From: Nemertoderma westbladi
Lineage: Eukaryota; Animalia; Xenacoelomorpha
DNA length: 64,000 nucleotides
Assembly (NCBI GenBank): GCA_032718475.1
Contig: JAUCBJ010002864.1
Span: 1 to 64,000, forward strand
Direction of reading: 5' to 3'
Shown one piece after another: positions 1 through 12,035 of this stretch. A model generated the notes under the pieces. It did no database searches, was not told the DNA's origin, and saw nothing but the letters and a program-made list of their open reading frames with translations. The position numbers and the translations under genes are program-made. How positions within the stretch are numbered: position 1 is the stretch's first letter; each line of letters starts with the position of its first letter.

Positions 1-785
1 TATGATAATCTAAGGACATGCGTAGAACACACGGGTTACACACGCTCACACGTTAACCAACATTGAACAGCTCAAAGACGTGATTAAAGAGGCCTTCGCC
101 ACTATTTCCTCACAATTTTTTGGCTCATAGCGTTAATGAAATATCTGCCAGGTTACTCAAATTTCAGACAGTTGGAGGATGACATATTGATTATGGGAGA
201 GTATGAGACAAAGACCGCAGACCTAATTAAGTAACCTGCATAATCTTGTAACATGTGTTAACTTTCGTTTATTGTTTTGTTTCCTCCAACACGCCTCTGT
301 AACCAGCTCCTTTACTAACCTTATCCTTTAAATAGCAATGGAACCTAACGCTCTTTGGGACCTGTACAAAACAAAGAGGTAAAGTCGCATAAGTCCCAAA
401 TAGCATTAGGCCCCAAAGACCGTTAGGTCCCATTGCCATTTAAAGGAGCAGGTTACAGAGGCGTGTTAGGGGAACCAAAACAATAAACGAAAGTTTTGTG
501 TTGTTTTGTGTTGTGTTTTGCACAGGTCTTTAGTCTTTAGATCTTGAGTCTTTATTTTGTACACACCCCATTTATTACCTTGGTACAGTGCAATGATTTT
601 TATTTTTATGTATCTAATTAGTTTATTAAAACAATTCATGTTGATTGACATATTTTATATTTATCAGTTTACAAAAATAATAGTTCTTTCCAGCTATCCA
701 ATGAAACCATAATTACTGAAAATAATTAATATTGAGCTGCACAAATCAAAATACAAAAAGTATGAAATTTTATGGGACACCCATA
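1..785 (+). mobile_element. Tc1/mariner-like DNA transposon remnant (transposase C-terminus plus right TIR)
   Basis: About 50-195 translates, with one frameshift, as TNIEQLKDVIKEAFATISSQF..AHSVNEISARLLKFQTVGG*HIDY, typical of a Tc1/mariner C-terminus. AAATTTTATGGGACACCC at about 765-782 resembles a mariner TIR end. Confidence 0.6.
260..495. repeat. Long imperfect palindrome (foldback/MITE-like)
   Basis: AACTTTCGTTTATTGTTTTG..AACACGCCTCTGTAACC.GCTCCTTTA pairs with TAAAGGAGCAGGTTACAGAGGCGTGTT..CAAAACAATAAACGAAAGTT; the inner arms also pair. Confidence 0.85.
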
Positions 786-1243
786 TGGGGCATTAATAGC
801 TATATTATAGGTTTGAAAGTAAATATAGTGAGTCTAGATTAAATTAAACATAGTAATATGTAGCAATGTTTAGGGTATATAGAAGAAACATGTATTTAAG
901 TTTATTTGTAAATATTGAAACATTGAAACAATATGGGCCTGTAATTATAAAATACAGAATTATAAAAGAAACCGACCAGAGAAAGAACTAAATGTGACAA
1001 ATTAGGAAATGTAATTAATATTTCTGCAATCAGAACTGATTTTGCACAACCAAAAAAAAGCAAATATAACCAACCAGCTTATATTTTGTGACACTAAAGG
1101 CCAACTGAGGGTCAATTTATTTTTTTGGTTGTAGCATTCATGTCAACAAAACGAAACAAAACAAGTCAAATCATATCAAGTAATTTGTTGGATTATATTT
1201 ATTATATTATTTTAATTATTTTGGAAATTAATTGTAGACTAAC

Positions 1244-1380
1244 CACTTCTAATATTCTATTGATAGTAACATCAATCAGAACGTTCACTGAATCTTTCTC
1301 ATCCTTTACTGGTCGAAGTCGTTTGTTGTATCTTTTCTCATCAAACAGTTTCAGATACAACTCGGCATTGTAATTTCCTT
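1244..1380 (-). CDS. Cys-loop ligand-gated ion channel (nAChR-like) subunit, coding exon 2
   Basis: 137-nt exon bounded by TGCAG acceptor and GTTAGT donor, encoding (E)GNYNAELYLKLFDEKRYNKRLRPVKDEKDSVNVLIDVTINRILEV. The L..LF..YN...RPV....V.V......I..V pattern and phase 1/phase 0 boundaries match nAChR exon 2. Confidence 0.9.
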
Positions 1381-1830
1381 CTGCATTAAGAATTATGGTT
1401 ATAATAAAATAATATAAAAAGTATCTGAACAATTGTTGATGTATTTTTTCGAAATCCGTTTTGGCTCTTACGCAGCATTTTCTCAATATGAGGAATAATT
1501 CTATATAGAATCATTTTGTTGTATATTTCGGCAGCTACTAAAAGCAGACGGATCCCATGACAGTTTGATGATATACCGAAGTCTCCTTTCTCCGGGAGAG
1601 GCTTTAGTTAACCTTTAGCCCAAACCAATAATGGTCTGTTCAACACCCTGTTTTCGTACCTCTGTAGGGATTTCATCTAACCGACTCGGTTCTGATTGAG
1701 GAATATTATAAGCAAAATGAGAGATAAATGACAAACGTAATAGAATTTAGACTTATTAATGGTGATGCAGTAAATAAATTTTAAAAAAAGCAAACAGTCG
1801 GTAAACATATTTTGTATTTTATTTACCTTT

Positions 1831-2030
1831 GTAAACCCTTTCACTATATTTCCAAAAGGAATGCCTGTTCACCATTACGGGTGATCTTCCACTGTAAACC
1901 CTTCCACTCTGTTGCCTAAAGGAATGCCTGTTCACCACTATGGGTGATCTTCCACAGTAAATCCCTCCATTCTATTTCCCAAATTATCATCTATCGACCA
2001 GCCAAGGATGAAAGCCTGGGTTCGGTTGTG
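1831..2030 (-). repeat. 63-bp tandem repeat (about 2.4 copies) attached to a SINE-like core
   Basis: Units start at 1831, 1894 and 1957. The following minus-strand CCCAGGCTTTCATCCTTGGCTGGTCGATAG resembles the core at 4258-4300. Confidence 0.45.
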
Positions 2031-2492
2031 CTAGGTGATTTTGATAATACATTAGATCTAATACTTTTGAATTACTTGTCAATCTGGAGATAACTGGTTG
2101 AATAAATGAATAATACCAATACAAATGAAATAGATGGCATGATTTTTCGCAAACATCACAAAACAACCATAATATTTATAATCTGACAATCATATATAAT
2201 ACCGGAAATAATAATGATAAAAGTCCAGTATTCATTAAGGTTCTACTTTCTTATAAAAAGGAATGATTCCTACATGGAGTGAGTGATCTTAATTAGGTCG
2301 ATCTCTTCTATATTACAGCAGCATTGACGCTGCCTAGTCTGTGTAGAATCCCATATCTTACATACTTCAGTCTCTCCCAGTTAAACAGTATCAGTGGAAG
2401 GAAATGAGTTTCCTGCTAGGTTCCAATTATTTTTTACTATCACATATCATTCATTTCGTTATGTTTCACAGCCTTGTTTAATTATTTATTAC

Positions 2493-3890
2493 CTATATGA
2501 ACAGCCTCGCCCATCTATGCAAACGAGAGTCTATTATGTAATCATAAACTTTTGCTAAGGTATCAGAAACGGATATACCCCTATAATTGTCACATAAATT
2601 AGAATTACCCTTCTTAAACAGAATGGTTAATTTACTGAAGATCCACTGTCTAGGTAAGGATGATGCAAAAAATACCAAGTTTAGTATAGCTGTAATATAT
2701 ATAATAATAGCAATGGGTAAACATTTTAACAGGTTTGGTTTGATACCAGAAGTGCTTTTATTCGCTTTTAATGCATTGAGGGCTTCGTCAGTTTTTCCGC
2801 AGCGTAATAGGGTCATCGCAAATGGGTATGTAGGGAGCCTCCGTGGTATTGATTAAAAATCTAAACTCGAATTCTATCTCTAAGGGCACGTGATTAGATG
2901 GGAGGTTCAAGTTCTGATTAAACGTGACGTGTTTTCTAGTAATGGCCAGTTTACTAACCAAACAAAGAACGATCTGACTTACCCATACCGATTTGCACCG
3001 AAAAGTTAGATCATCCTGTAAAGGTGGTACTCTGTTAACAATTGTTAAATCGCATTCATCGCAAACACTCACGACGTCTGAACCATGTGAGTTTTTCGGT
3101 TGGTACACATGAGCGTTGAAGTCATCAAACAAAACTTTATGATTAGCAGGTGATGACATTGAGAATGCCTGCAAGTCACCCCAAGATCTCTCGCTGTAAT
3201 AGGGTGAATCACTTGGCTCAATGTAAATGCCGCAAAGAACTAGATCTTTACCAACTAATATGATACCGGGAACAGAAGTTTCATGATCATGGATCACATC
3301 CTGTATCCGGTTGCTTACTAACAGGCCGATACCACCGTGTTTATCATCGTTTTTTTACATTACCGTAATACCTAAATCCTGGGATGGAAAAGCAACAGTT
3401 CGACTTCACTTCATATAACCAAATTAAGTCAAAGTTTACTGTGTAACCAAACACGTTTGCGTCGCTGAATTTGTTGCAAAGTCTATTTATGTTAAAAGAC
3501 AAACATTTACAGTACGTGCATCTACCTACTAAGTTACTTTCTTTACCGCCGTCCCCCTAATTAGTAGCACCTCTAGAGATACCTATACCCATACATGACA
3601 AGTCCGGCATATAGCGATCTACGACCAATCGATCAAGCGTTAACGTTCCGCTTCGAAAATCGAAGTACCTCCCACCCTTGGTTCTCAGGTTTTGCCTTCT
3701 CCATGTGTTCAGCCTCGCGCAGTCGCGCATTTTCACGTCTCACTGCGGGTTGAACATCTTTCTTAACATAAATCCTGTTCATGCTTCGGCTATCTTTCAA
3801 CTTCTTCGCGTTATCAAGAATATTCTCTCGGTCTCTGCGATTCCAACATTTTAATAGCAGTGGACGAGTTCGCATTCTGGTACTGTAAAA
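2493..3890 (-). mobile_element. Decayed LINE (CR1/L2-like group): ORF1 end, APE endonuclease and RT N-terminus, inside nAChR intron 1
   Basis: RTRPLLLK..RENILDNAKKLK..IYVKKD (ORF1); CGIYIEP..DDFNAH..SNHVPL (endonuclease); W..SKLTILFKKG...CDNYRGISVSDTLAKVY (RT). Confidence 0.85.
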
Positions 3891-4197
3891 AGTGAATCGT
3901 GCACTCTGTTAAATTTTTGTTTTAGGTTATAAAATGTTAATAAAAGTGACATACACTTACCATCATTACACACACGTGGTTAAGATGTATAATAATATGT
4001 ATTAAGTAATCTGACCATATTTGCTCCTTAAAACTAAATTTATACTAGAACAAAAGAAAATTAAATACTGCCCGGAACCTTAAATACAGCACCAGTAATA
4101 AATAAACCCTTGGTATTATCACATCTAATAGAATTAGTTAAATTAATAATAAATAAATAAATACTAAATAAATAAATAATATTAATAAATAAAAATC

Positions 4198-4460
4198 AGG
4201 GTAGCTCAGTTGATTGAGGACCTGATTAAATGTATTGGTTGCACCCCCGCCACGATCAACTCAGCCTTTCATCCACTGTGGTCGATAGAATGAGTACCAG
4301 TTAAATTACCGAGAGCAAAACTAGGGCTAGGAATAGCTCCCGCCCCCACATTCGGGTAGAAGCATGACCTACTATAACTGTTATAGTAGGTCATGGTAGA
4401 AGCTATCGAAAGAGGAGCCTTAGAGTCTCCGCTGGCTGCTTCGGTCGACTGTTTGCTTTT
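4198..4460 (+). mobile_element. Probable tRNA-derived SINE
   Basis: A-box-like GGTAGCTCAGTTGA head followed by CAACTCAGCCTTTCATCC..GGTCGATAGAATGAGTACCAG, a central motif common in animal SINEs; the B-box is degenerate. Confidence 0.5.
4363..4395. mobile_element. 33-bp P-element-like mini-element (perfect palindrome) with 7-bp TSD
   Basis: CATGACCTACTATAAC-T-GTTATAGTAGGTCATG flanked by GTAGAAG on both sides. Confidence 0.8.
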
Positions 4461-5352
4461 GCTTCATTTTACATTAATAATGCAAGATGGTGTCTGTAGA
4501 ATATGGTTTACATTTTCTGGATGGAATGGAATTCATAGATCAGATTTTGATTACAAAGATGTGCTTTCAGCTGTAGAAAAACAGAACATTCTAGAATGGA
4601 TACCATGGATACCAATGGATACTCAGAAAGGATATGTTTAGTGCTTGAATCTCCTGAGGGGAAAACATCTAATATATTTAGTCACTAATTTTACACTCGC
4701 TCTTTGGAAAAGTGAATACTTATATATACATACATTATTAGGGATACAACACCTCTACAGATTATCAGCTGTAAATAACCAATTCATCTGAAATGTCAAG
4801 ACAAACTTTTGAAGGCGTTTCAGGAATATCAATGGTAGAACACCACGTTTGTTCTCACCAACTGGCGGCGATTGAACAAGGTCATTCATGACCAGCTGTA
4901 GAAAGGCTGAGCAGTAGACTGGCTGTAGAACGCAGTGGAAAGGCTGGGCAAGGTTCATTTGCCGGGTTTGTATAAGATGCCTCGATATCATGGTCTTATT
5001 GTCCATGGTATTCCTATACATTAGACTCAGATCATCGGCAACGTTGCATTGGTTTTTAGACTCATTCAAAGAATATATTATCCATAACTATAGTATTGAT
5101 GGATGGCATTACATTTGGGTATTTATTAAATGTTCCCAAAGATACTGATAATTCTTATGGCCATTTAAGATGCCGAGAGATTGATTCTTAAAGGCCAATC
5201 CCACTGTGCATTTTAAGATTAGCAATTGCTGCTCCTGGTAGTATATTTTATGATATATAAATATAATTTATATTCTTACAAAATAAACTTCTATATATTA
5301 TTTATTACAAACAAAGGTAACATATAATAATTATATACGATGACAGTCTTAC

Positions 5353-5437
5353 CTGTTTGGTTTTCCTGACATAGACAAATTGTAACTAGAAGTGCAAAGA
5401 GCAAACAAACTAGGCCTATATTTAAACTCATGAACAT
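5353..5437 (-). CDS. nAChR-like subunit, signal-peptide exon (coding exon 1)
   Basis: Encodes MFMSLNIGLVCLLFALLVTICLCQENQT plus 1 nt, then CAG|GTAAGA donor. The phase 1 end splices in frame onto the 1380 exon (G+AA = Glu). Confidence 0.75.
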
Positions 5438-5569
5438 ATTATTAAATTAGCTAACTACACTGTATTCAAAATACAAAGTTAAACAAATTAGAAACTGATT
5501 AATTAATTTTATTTATTATTCATTAATTGAGTTTAAACAGTGTCAGTATAAAATGTCCATGCCTTATAT

Positions 5570-5900
5570 AATAAGGTAATTGAGAACACCAATGTTATCA
5601 GCAGTCTCATTCTGAAACATTTGTTGGTGATGATAACCCATGGCTTTTACTACCAGTGGTGTAGGAATCTAAATGAATTTGTGTTTCTAACTGAAGTCGA
5701 AACAAATATCATCGATGTGTCTTATATAGAGTGATCTGATTTAATCATTGATTGTATCAGGAATAATGTAGTCTTGAAGAATTTTGAACATACCCATGTT
5801 CAAACATGGTGGTCAGACTATGAACAAAACATGGTAGCCCGTGTGATCTTGACACAGAGTTGAATGTCTAGAAAAATTCTACGAGAATGACTGCTGCTAT
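5570..5900 (-). pseudogene. Possible Penelope-like reverse transcriptase remnant
   Basis: Minus strand reads PPCLNMGMFKILQDYI...LYIRHIDDICF...FQNETADNIGVLNYLII with stops, resembling the Penelope YxRYxDD region. Confidence 0.35.
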
Positions 5901-7039
5901 ACAAAATGAATTGTATTTTATTTTTATTGTAATGTATTTTATATTCCCATCCATCATCTACAATAAATTGAAGAAATATTTATTTTACAGTTTTTAGCAA
6001 TAACTTCATCATATTCTGGCACTGAATATCAGCAAACACGAACTAAATTACATTACAATAATTTATATTATAACATATTTATAGTTACAATAACTAAAAA
6101 TGTTAAAAATCTCCCATAGTTGCCAATATAATACAATACAGGAAAGCCAAGCAATCAATGCCTACAACTGATCATTCGTGCCAACTTTCTGTTTCAGTGG
6201 GAAGTATCACAATTAATTTAGGCCTCCATTATATTATATGTTTTGTCTTTGTATGAGTGTGTATAATTGCAACATTTGTGGATGGTTTGAATACGACTTA
6301 CGAAATAACATTACTTGGATTTATTGATCACAATAGAGCAAGGCGTTCTAGAACTACATGGCCACGCACGGCCATGCAACCGTGAGGGACTGGAGGCGGA
6401 CTGGAGGCAAACTATTTTTTGTTAAATTTCATAATTTTATAATCACTCATTTTACGAATAACAAATAACAAATTTTAGAAAATTATATTCTGGAAATATA
6501 ATTATTATAAATTCAATATTGTGTTGTATGTGTTTTAGATAAAGGCGTTCTAAATAATAGGTCATGACGGTGGAATTTACTAGCTAATTTGAGTGTTTAT
6601 GTATAAGTTACAAAGCAAAAACGTTATAATGTATCTCCATTTTTTTCGACCTTTTTTTGCTATTTTCTGAAGTCTTTTGTGGAAATTATCTTTCTAATTT
6701 GAAAGGTGATTTTCTACAATAATGTCAGTACATATTTTTCTACAACAGTCTTAGAATCCCATCCAGAATTGATTTATAATGTAGTAAAGTAGACTCAGAA
6801 CTTATAACAATTATTGTTCGTTGGTGGGAATGTTCGTTGGTTGGTATTGAATGTAGGACGTGTTGGAGACGACATCAGGTATGTATTGAGATGAATTTAC
6901 TGACCACATTTATAAGTATAGACGATCCACGGTTAATTATTCTCAAGAACACAGCAGAGATGACCAAATGCATGACTACGAGTTATTCTAGGGTCCGCAA
7001 TGTGTAACAATGTGTTTTGTCAGGTCAGGTATTCTGGGT

Positions 7040-8343
7040 CATTGATCAAGAAAACTTGCCACCTCCATGCAACATAAAGGAGGTGCCACCTGTGGCTGCA
7101 TAGACCCTCTTACTAATGGCAAATCTGGTCCTGTAACTAGGACCCCCTTCGTTCTGGGATAATGACGCCCTAGGTCCTGGATTAAGGACCCATATACTTG
7201 GCTGCAGGCGTATATGGCCTGGCCAGGCAGATGGTGATCTACCAATGGCTTGTCAGGAGTAGTGTTCTCATGTCCACTCTTCACTTCACTTGCACTTCAC
7301 TGCGACCTGCACCTGGCAGCAAGGGTACAGGGCATGGCCAAGCAGATGAGCTGCACAGCCAATGGTGGGTCATGTGCACAGAGTAGGTACTGGTGATGGG
7401 CCTCATATAGGACTCCACTGTGACACCCTGTGGAATGGCAAACCGGGGTGTGGTGTTTGCCCCGAGAGCTGACTCGGCAAAAAAGCACCCCCCAACCCTC
7501 AGAGGTCCGGCCGCTAGAGGCCAGTGGAATTACCGGATACAATCGGCCTCACAAGCGTCAGTTACCTCCTGACGGACTGCCTGTCTCACCCCCTACTGGA
7601 GAGAGAGCAGCCAACAAATCTGTGAGTCCCTTTCCTGCTTTCTGCCCCAAACCCTGGGTCACCAGTGAGGCCAGATTGTGAGGGTGAGAGGGATTCTGGA
7701 GTTGGAGGCTACTCTCATGTTCCACACGACCAACCATGCCATTGGTGAAACTGAAGCAAGTTACTAGACTAGCCTCAGTTAACACCCTAACACTCGGGTC
7801 CCCAATGCGACAACAAGATAAGCTGACTGACTGCCTTGGCTAGAAAAGCGTTCTCTTAGTGCAGTAGATATTCAAGAGCACCAAATGCAGACTGGACAGA
7901 CTGATGAGGTTCTGATTAAGGACATGGGGGCGGTTGGCGACTTGCCCTTGCATCAGCAGATGATAGTGGCAATGGTCTATTGATGAATCCAACTGCACAT
8001 GTAGCATTTGACAAAATAGACCAAATCTCTAACCGCATCATCCGTTACCACTTCTCATGTTCTGGAAGACTGGCTAAGAAGTTTCCTAAGGCGGTTCTGA
8101 TTGTGTTCTATTCTCCAACTAGTGTTGCCCCAGTAGAGGAGGTGGAAAATTTCTACCACAATCTACAAGCAGCTACTGATGCAGTGGATCAGCATGCATT
8201 CTTAACATTCCTGGGAGACTAATGCAAGTCTGCATCAATCACCTACATCGCCCTGGGTCTATGTCCCTTCAGGATTTCATTTTTTTTCGGCTGGAACCCA
8301 GTTCAAGAAGCGAACTGGAAAGCTATGGACTCAGTGGACCCAG
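7040..8343 (+). mobile_element. 5' part of an RTE-like LINE (GC-rich leader and APE endonuclease), decayed
   Basis: RLASVNTLTL, DIQEHQ, ISNRII..F, VFYSPTS...EEVENFYHNLQ...FLGD; frameshifted. Confidence 0.75.
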
Positions 8344-9534
8344 TAGTGGGGGGACGCCATTTTCGGACAACTCTTCGATTTATCACTCTCAGCGTTTCAA
8401 AATGGTTTGGTTTTGGCTTTAATTTTGAATATAGGTACCTAATATGCTATTTTACATGACAGGTCAGAAAAAGTTTATTTTCCGCTATTTAATATTAGTT
8501 AATACTAGGTAGCAATAAAAAAAACTTGGTTGCGGTTAAAACCCAAAAGCTTTTACAGTTTTGAATCTAATCACATGAAAGACTTTTTATATGATAGATC
8601 AAAGATGGGGCAACATAACTATTAGGCTAAATTTTGTGAAAATAATTCTGCACCGCTAGGTGGCGCTGCAAAGTAATGCTAATTTTTTAGGTTTGTTATA
8701 AATAGTATTAAATTTTATTAATAAAAAATTTCAAAACGTTGCCTGATAATTTTATGCAGAGTAGTTATGTAAACACCCACGGAAATTGTCAGACTAATTG
8801 CTCAAAGAATAGTAGAAGTAGTAGGGTTTTGAAGTTGACAATTTCATAAAAAAAATTGGAGATAATCGACCATAATAGTAATAGTAATTTCAATAGGTCG
8901 CCCTAAATGGAAATTGCTTTAACTTGAAAACTGAAAGAGCTATTAAATAGCGGTTTTCAGATTTGGAAACACCATTTAACCCTTTCCGGCCTGAATTAAT
9001 TTAATTGAGGAAAAAAAATTGGTTGGTCTTGTTAATGGGTTAATTATACACCAAATAATAATTTTCGATGAAAAAATTTTCAAAAAATTATTTCCAATGT
9101 TGTTTTTTTTATTGTATACAAAAGTATACGTTAGGTATATGAAACATGTTCCCAATGTATACTTTTGTATACAAACTCTAGATTGTAAGTACTTACTTAC
9201 ATACATACATCGTATAGTAAGTATATTCTATATATATATATATAATATAGAGAATAAACAAAACATGCAACGAGCAGGCAATTTTAATTATGTTTTTTCG
9301 GAATGAAAAGTTGTCAATACTTTGAAATTTGCCAAAATGCCAAAATTTTATAATTTTATGTGTTTTCACAACACACGTTGTTTAAAAGCAACACAGTGCG
9401 ACAAAAAAACTTAAAAATGAAGAATTATACAGTGAATGTATTTTTCTGTCAGTTTTGTTCAAGTTTGAAAAAAACAGTTTCGACTAACTTTTTTCAACTG
9501 TTTGTATGTCTATCTGCCCTGCCTGTATACTGTG

Positions 9535-10180
9535 GGTGTACAACATCTACTCCCCAACGGTGGCTACACCACATCTACTCCCCAATGGTCAACATTTACT
9601 CCATATGGTGGCTACACCACATCTACTCATCAATGCTCAGCATCTACTCCACTATGGTGGCTGCACCACATCTACTCATCAATGGTCAGCATCTACTCCC
9701 CAATGGTGGCTGCACCACATCTACTCATCAATGGTGGCTGCACCACATCTACTCCCCAATGGTGGATGTACCACATCTACTCCCCTGTGGTGGCTGAATC
9801 ACATCTACTCCCAAGGCCCAATGGCGACTGTGCCACATCTAGTCCCCAATAGTGGCTGCATCACATCTACTCCCAAGGCCCAATGGTCAACATCTACACC
9901 CCTATGGTGGCTACGCCACATCTACTCCCCAATGGAGGCTGTTCCACATCTACTCTCCAATGGCGACTGCACCACATCTATCCACAATGGTGGCTGCATC
10001 ACCTCTACTATCCTATGGTCAACATCTACTCCCCATGGTGGCTGCATCACATCTAGGCCTACACACCCCCCCAATGGTGGAAGCACCACATCACACAAAC
10101 GGTGGCTGAATCACATCTACTCCCCAACGGTGCTGCACCACATCTACTCCACAACTGTGGCTGCACTACTTCTACTCCCC
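9535..10180. repeat. Minisatellite of 21-28-bp units (CATCTACTCCCCAATGGTGGCTGCACCA and shorter variants)
   Basis: More than 20 diverged copies inside the piggyBac MITE; explains the overlapping repetitive ORFs. Confidence 0.95.
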
Positions 10181-10531
10181 AACTTTATAAACCTAACATA
10201 GACAAATGTATACAGTGGTTTATCAATAACACTACCAGCCTACCTGTACTGTAAAGTTTATCCTGGAAGTATTATTATCTCATTGGACAATCCATCTTTG
10301 GAATACCCAATCAAAATTCACAATATCGCTTTGCCAAAGCATTTAAATAACCATCTTTCCTATGCCAGGTAGTCATCATGTCAATACCTGAAAACATCGC
10401 ATCTAAAATCGTTCATTGAAGCCTTCTACTACAATTATCCAATCAGAATCGGTAATTTATAAGTAAAGGAAGTGTGATAGTGCCTCAATTGGATAAAACC
10501 AACTATAATTAGTTAAAATTATGCAATTCGT

Positions 10532-10698
10532 TCGTCGTTATGGCAAGTCGTGGACGACCTGCCATAACATATATAGATCAACTTGAAAGGGATACTGAAC
10601 TTGGGAGAAACGAAATTGCGACAACTATGGAGAATCGGGAAGCCTGGAAGGATCTCATTTCCACTGTCCGAGTTCGCTCGACCTAGTAGTAGTAGTAG
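10532..10698 (+). mobile_element. 5'-truncated RTE-like LINE 3' end with (TAG)n tail
   Basis: Nearly identical to 12545-12700; 12-bp TSD TATGCAATTCGT at 10520-10531 and 10699-10710. Confidence 0.9.
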
Positions 10699-11783
10699 TA
10701 TGCAATTCGTAGTGAAATAAATTCAGTGTATACAAAAATATACAGTCGGCCGGAAAGGGTTAAACGTGCAGTATAATCGATCATAAAAATAATTTCGACA
10801 TTTTTTGAACCAAAATGTTGTACCCTCCCCCTAGTTTGGGCTAAACCAACAAACTGAGAAAATCGTTATTCCTAAAACTAAAAATAGCTTTGAAGTCGTT
10901 AAAATTATGGAATTCGCTCTATATCGATGTAGTCAAGTCAACAAACCTTGCAAGATTCAAATTACAGTTGAAAAATATATTATGAACTAAATTAACGAAG
11001 AAGTGAATTAGCTGGGACTGTTAGTAGTGCACCGGGAAAGGTAGTGTCTGACTCAGCTTTGCGAATTCACACAACAATAATGATTCATATTAAATTTATT
11101 ATTGATTTGGTATTATTGCCTCAGAATTCTATTGTTAATAATGACAAAATAATATGAGAGCAGAAATTGAATGATGATAGGAATGGGGCAGAGTAACACA
11201 CTAGCGGATCTATTAATTAGAGTAGCACCCTGCAACGTGGGAGGGGATTGTTAGGTGTAGGGCAGACATAGCTAATGGAGCAGGAGGGTATGTAATAATG
11301 TGCATTTTAAATATTATTTTCAGATTTTCATTAATTCAATCTACAAAGTGCCTCGATGTCAATAACGTTCAATGTATCTCCATGGCATACTTAACGGAGA
11401 TGAGAACTGCTGCTTCATGGGTAATGCCTAAACAACAGTCATTGCAACTCAAGCACAACTGTATGGGTTGGCGATAATCCTTGATTATAATAATTGTAAT
11501 AACAATTCTATTAATGGTATTGGCTATAAGTAATAACCTATGTATGTTGCAGTAAATAGGCTTTTTTGTTATTTTACGACTCCCATAATCGATTTAAGAA
11601 CACTGAATACTAGTTTCTATTGTCTTAGTTAAATGAAAATCAATAATAGTGTTATTTTACTATTGTGTAGTATGTATTATATACTGTGTATTTTAAATAA
11701 CACTGATAGCAGCAAATTAACCTAATCATAATATTAGTAGAATATAATAATTAATCAAAATATTCAGACCATCAGTTATTGAG

Positions 11784-12035
11784 TTACTGTTTTCGTTTGA
11801 GACCATTACTCCATCTCGACTTTATCCAGTGTATCGGAAAGCTCCTTATACCCTCACCACCATCAGCCACTAACTCGTCTGAATTACGATCGTTTCTCTT
11901 CCCTACAGACATTGTCCAGAATCCCACATCATCCAGTTGCTGCTGCTTGCTTCCGTATCCATTAACCACTGGCGTCATCTCCAGTACGAATACACAGAGA
12001 AGCAAAGTGAAAACCATTACACAGAAATTCTTCAT
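11784..12035 (-). CDS. Secreted neuropeptide/prohormone-like precursor (83 aa)
   Basis: Signal-like MKNFCVMVFTLLLCVFVLEMTPVVNG, then YGSKQQQLDDVGFWTMSV-GKR (amidation and cleavage site), an acidic spacer, and a C-terminal GLKRKQ. A polypyrimidine-CAG acceptor lies 23 nt upstream of the ATG (exon starts at 12058). Confidence 0.75.
   Translation of the reverse strand: MKNFCVMVFTLLLCVFVLEMTPVVNGYGSKQQQLDDVGFWTMSVGKRNDRNSDELVADGGEGIRSFPIHWIKSRWSNGLKRKQ

Larger units (their letters stand above)
8980..10759. mobile_element. Non-autonomous piggyBac-type element
   Basis: TTAA|CCCTTTCCGGCC ... GGCCGGAAAGGG|TTAA: 12-bp perfect TIRs with TTAA target duplication. Confidence 0.88.
8344..10832. mobile_element. 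Probable non-autonomous DNA transposon hosting the piggyBac MITE
   Basis: Abrupt switch from LINE sequence at TAGTGGGGGGGACGCCATTTT; imperfect counterpart AAAATGTTGTACCCTCCCCCTA at about 10811-10833; non-coding AT-rich interior. Confidence 0.4.

Noticed and set aside
1202-1486. The full 94-aa ORF as a protein
   Set aside because: Only 1244-1380 is exon; the flanks are intronic read-through.
4198-4260. tRNA gene
   Set aside because: Only an A-box-like start; no cloverleaf, and it continues into SINE-like sequence.
4480-4720. Protein kinase-like fragment (YGLHFLDGMEFI...)
   Set aside because: No intact HRD or DFG motif; it needs several edits to fit, so it is unsupported.
4755-5069. Gypsy RNase H-like remnant (WTIR..YRGILYKPGK) or a 104-aa gene
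   Set aside because: A single short motif with stops and no supporting domains.
6330-6566. Another P-like MITE ending TAGGTCATG
   Set aside because: No matching left terminus or TSD was found.
9360-10201. His/Trp-rich repetitive ORFs
   Set aside because: Overlapping frames of a minisatellite inside a MITE.
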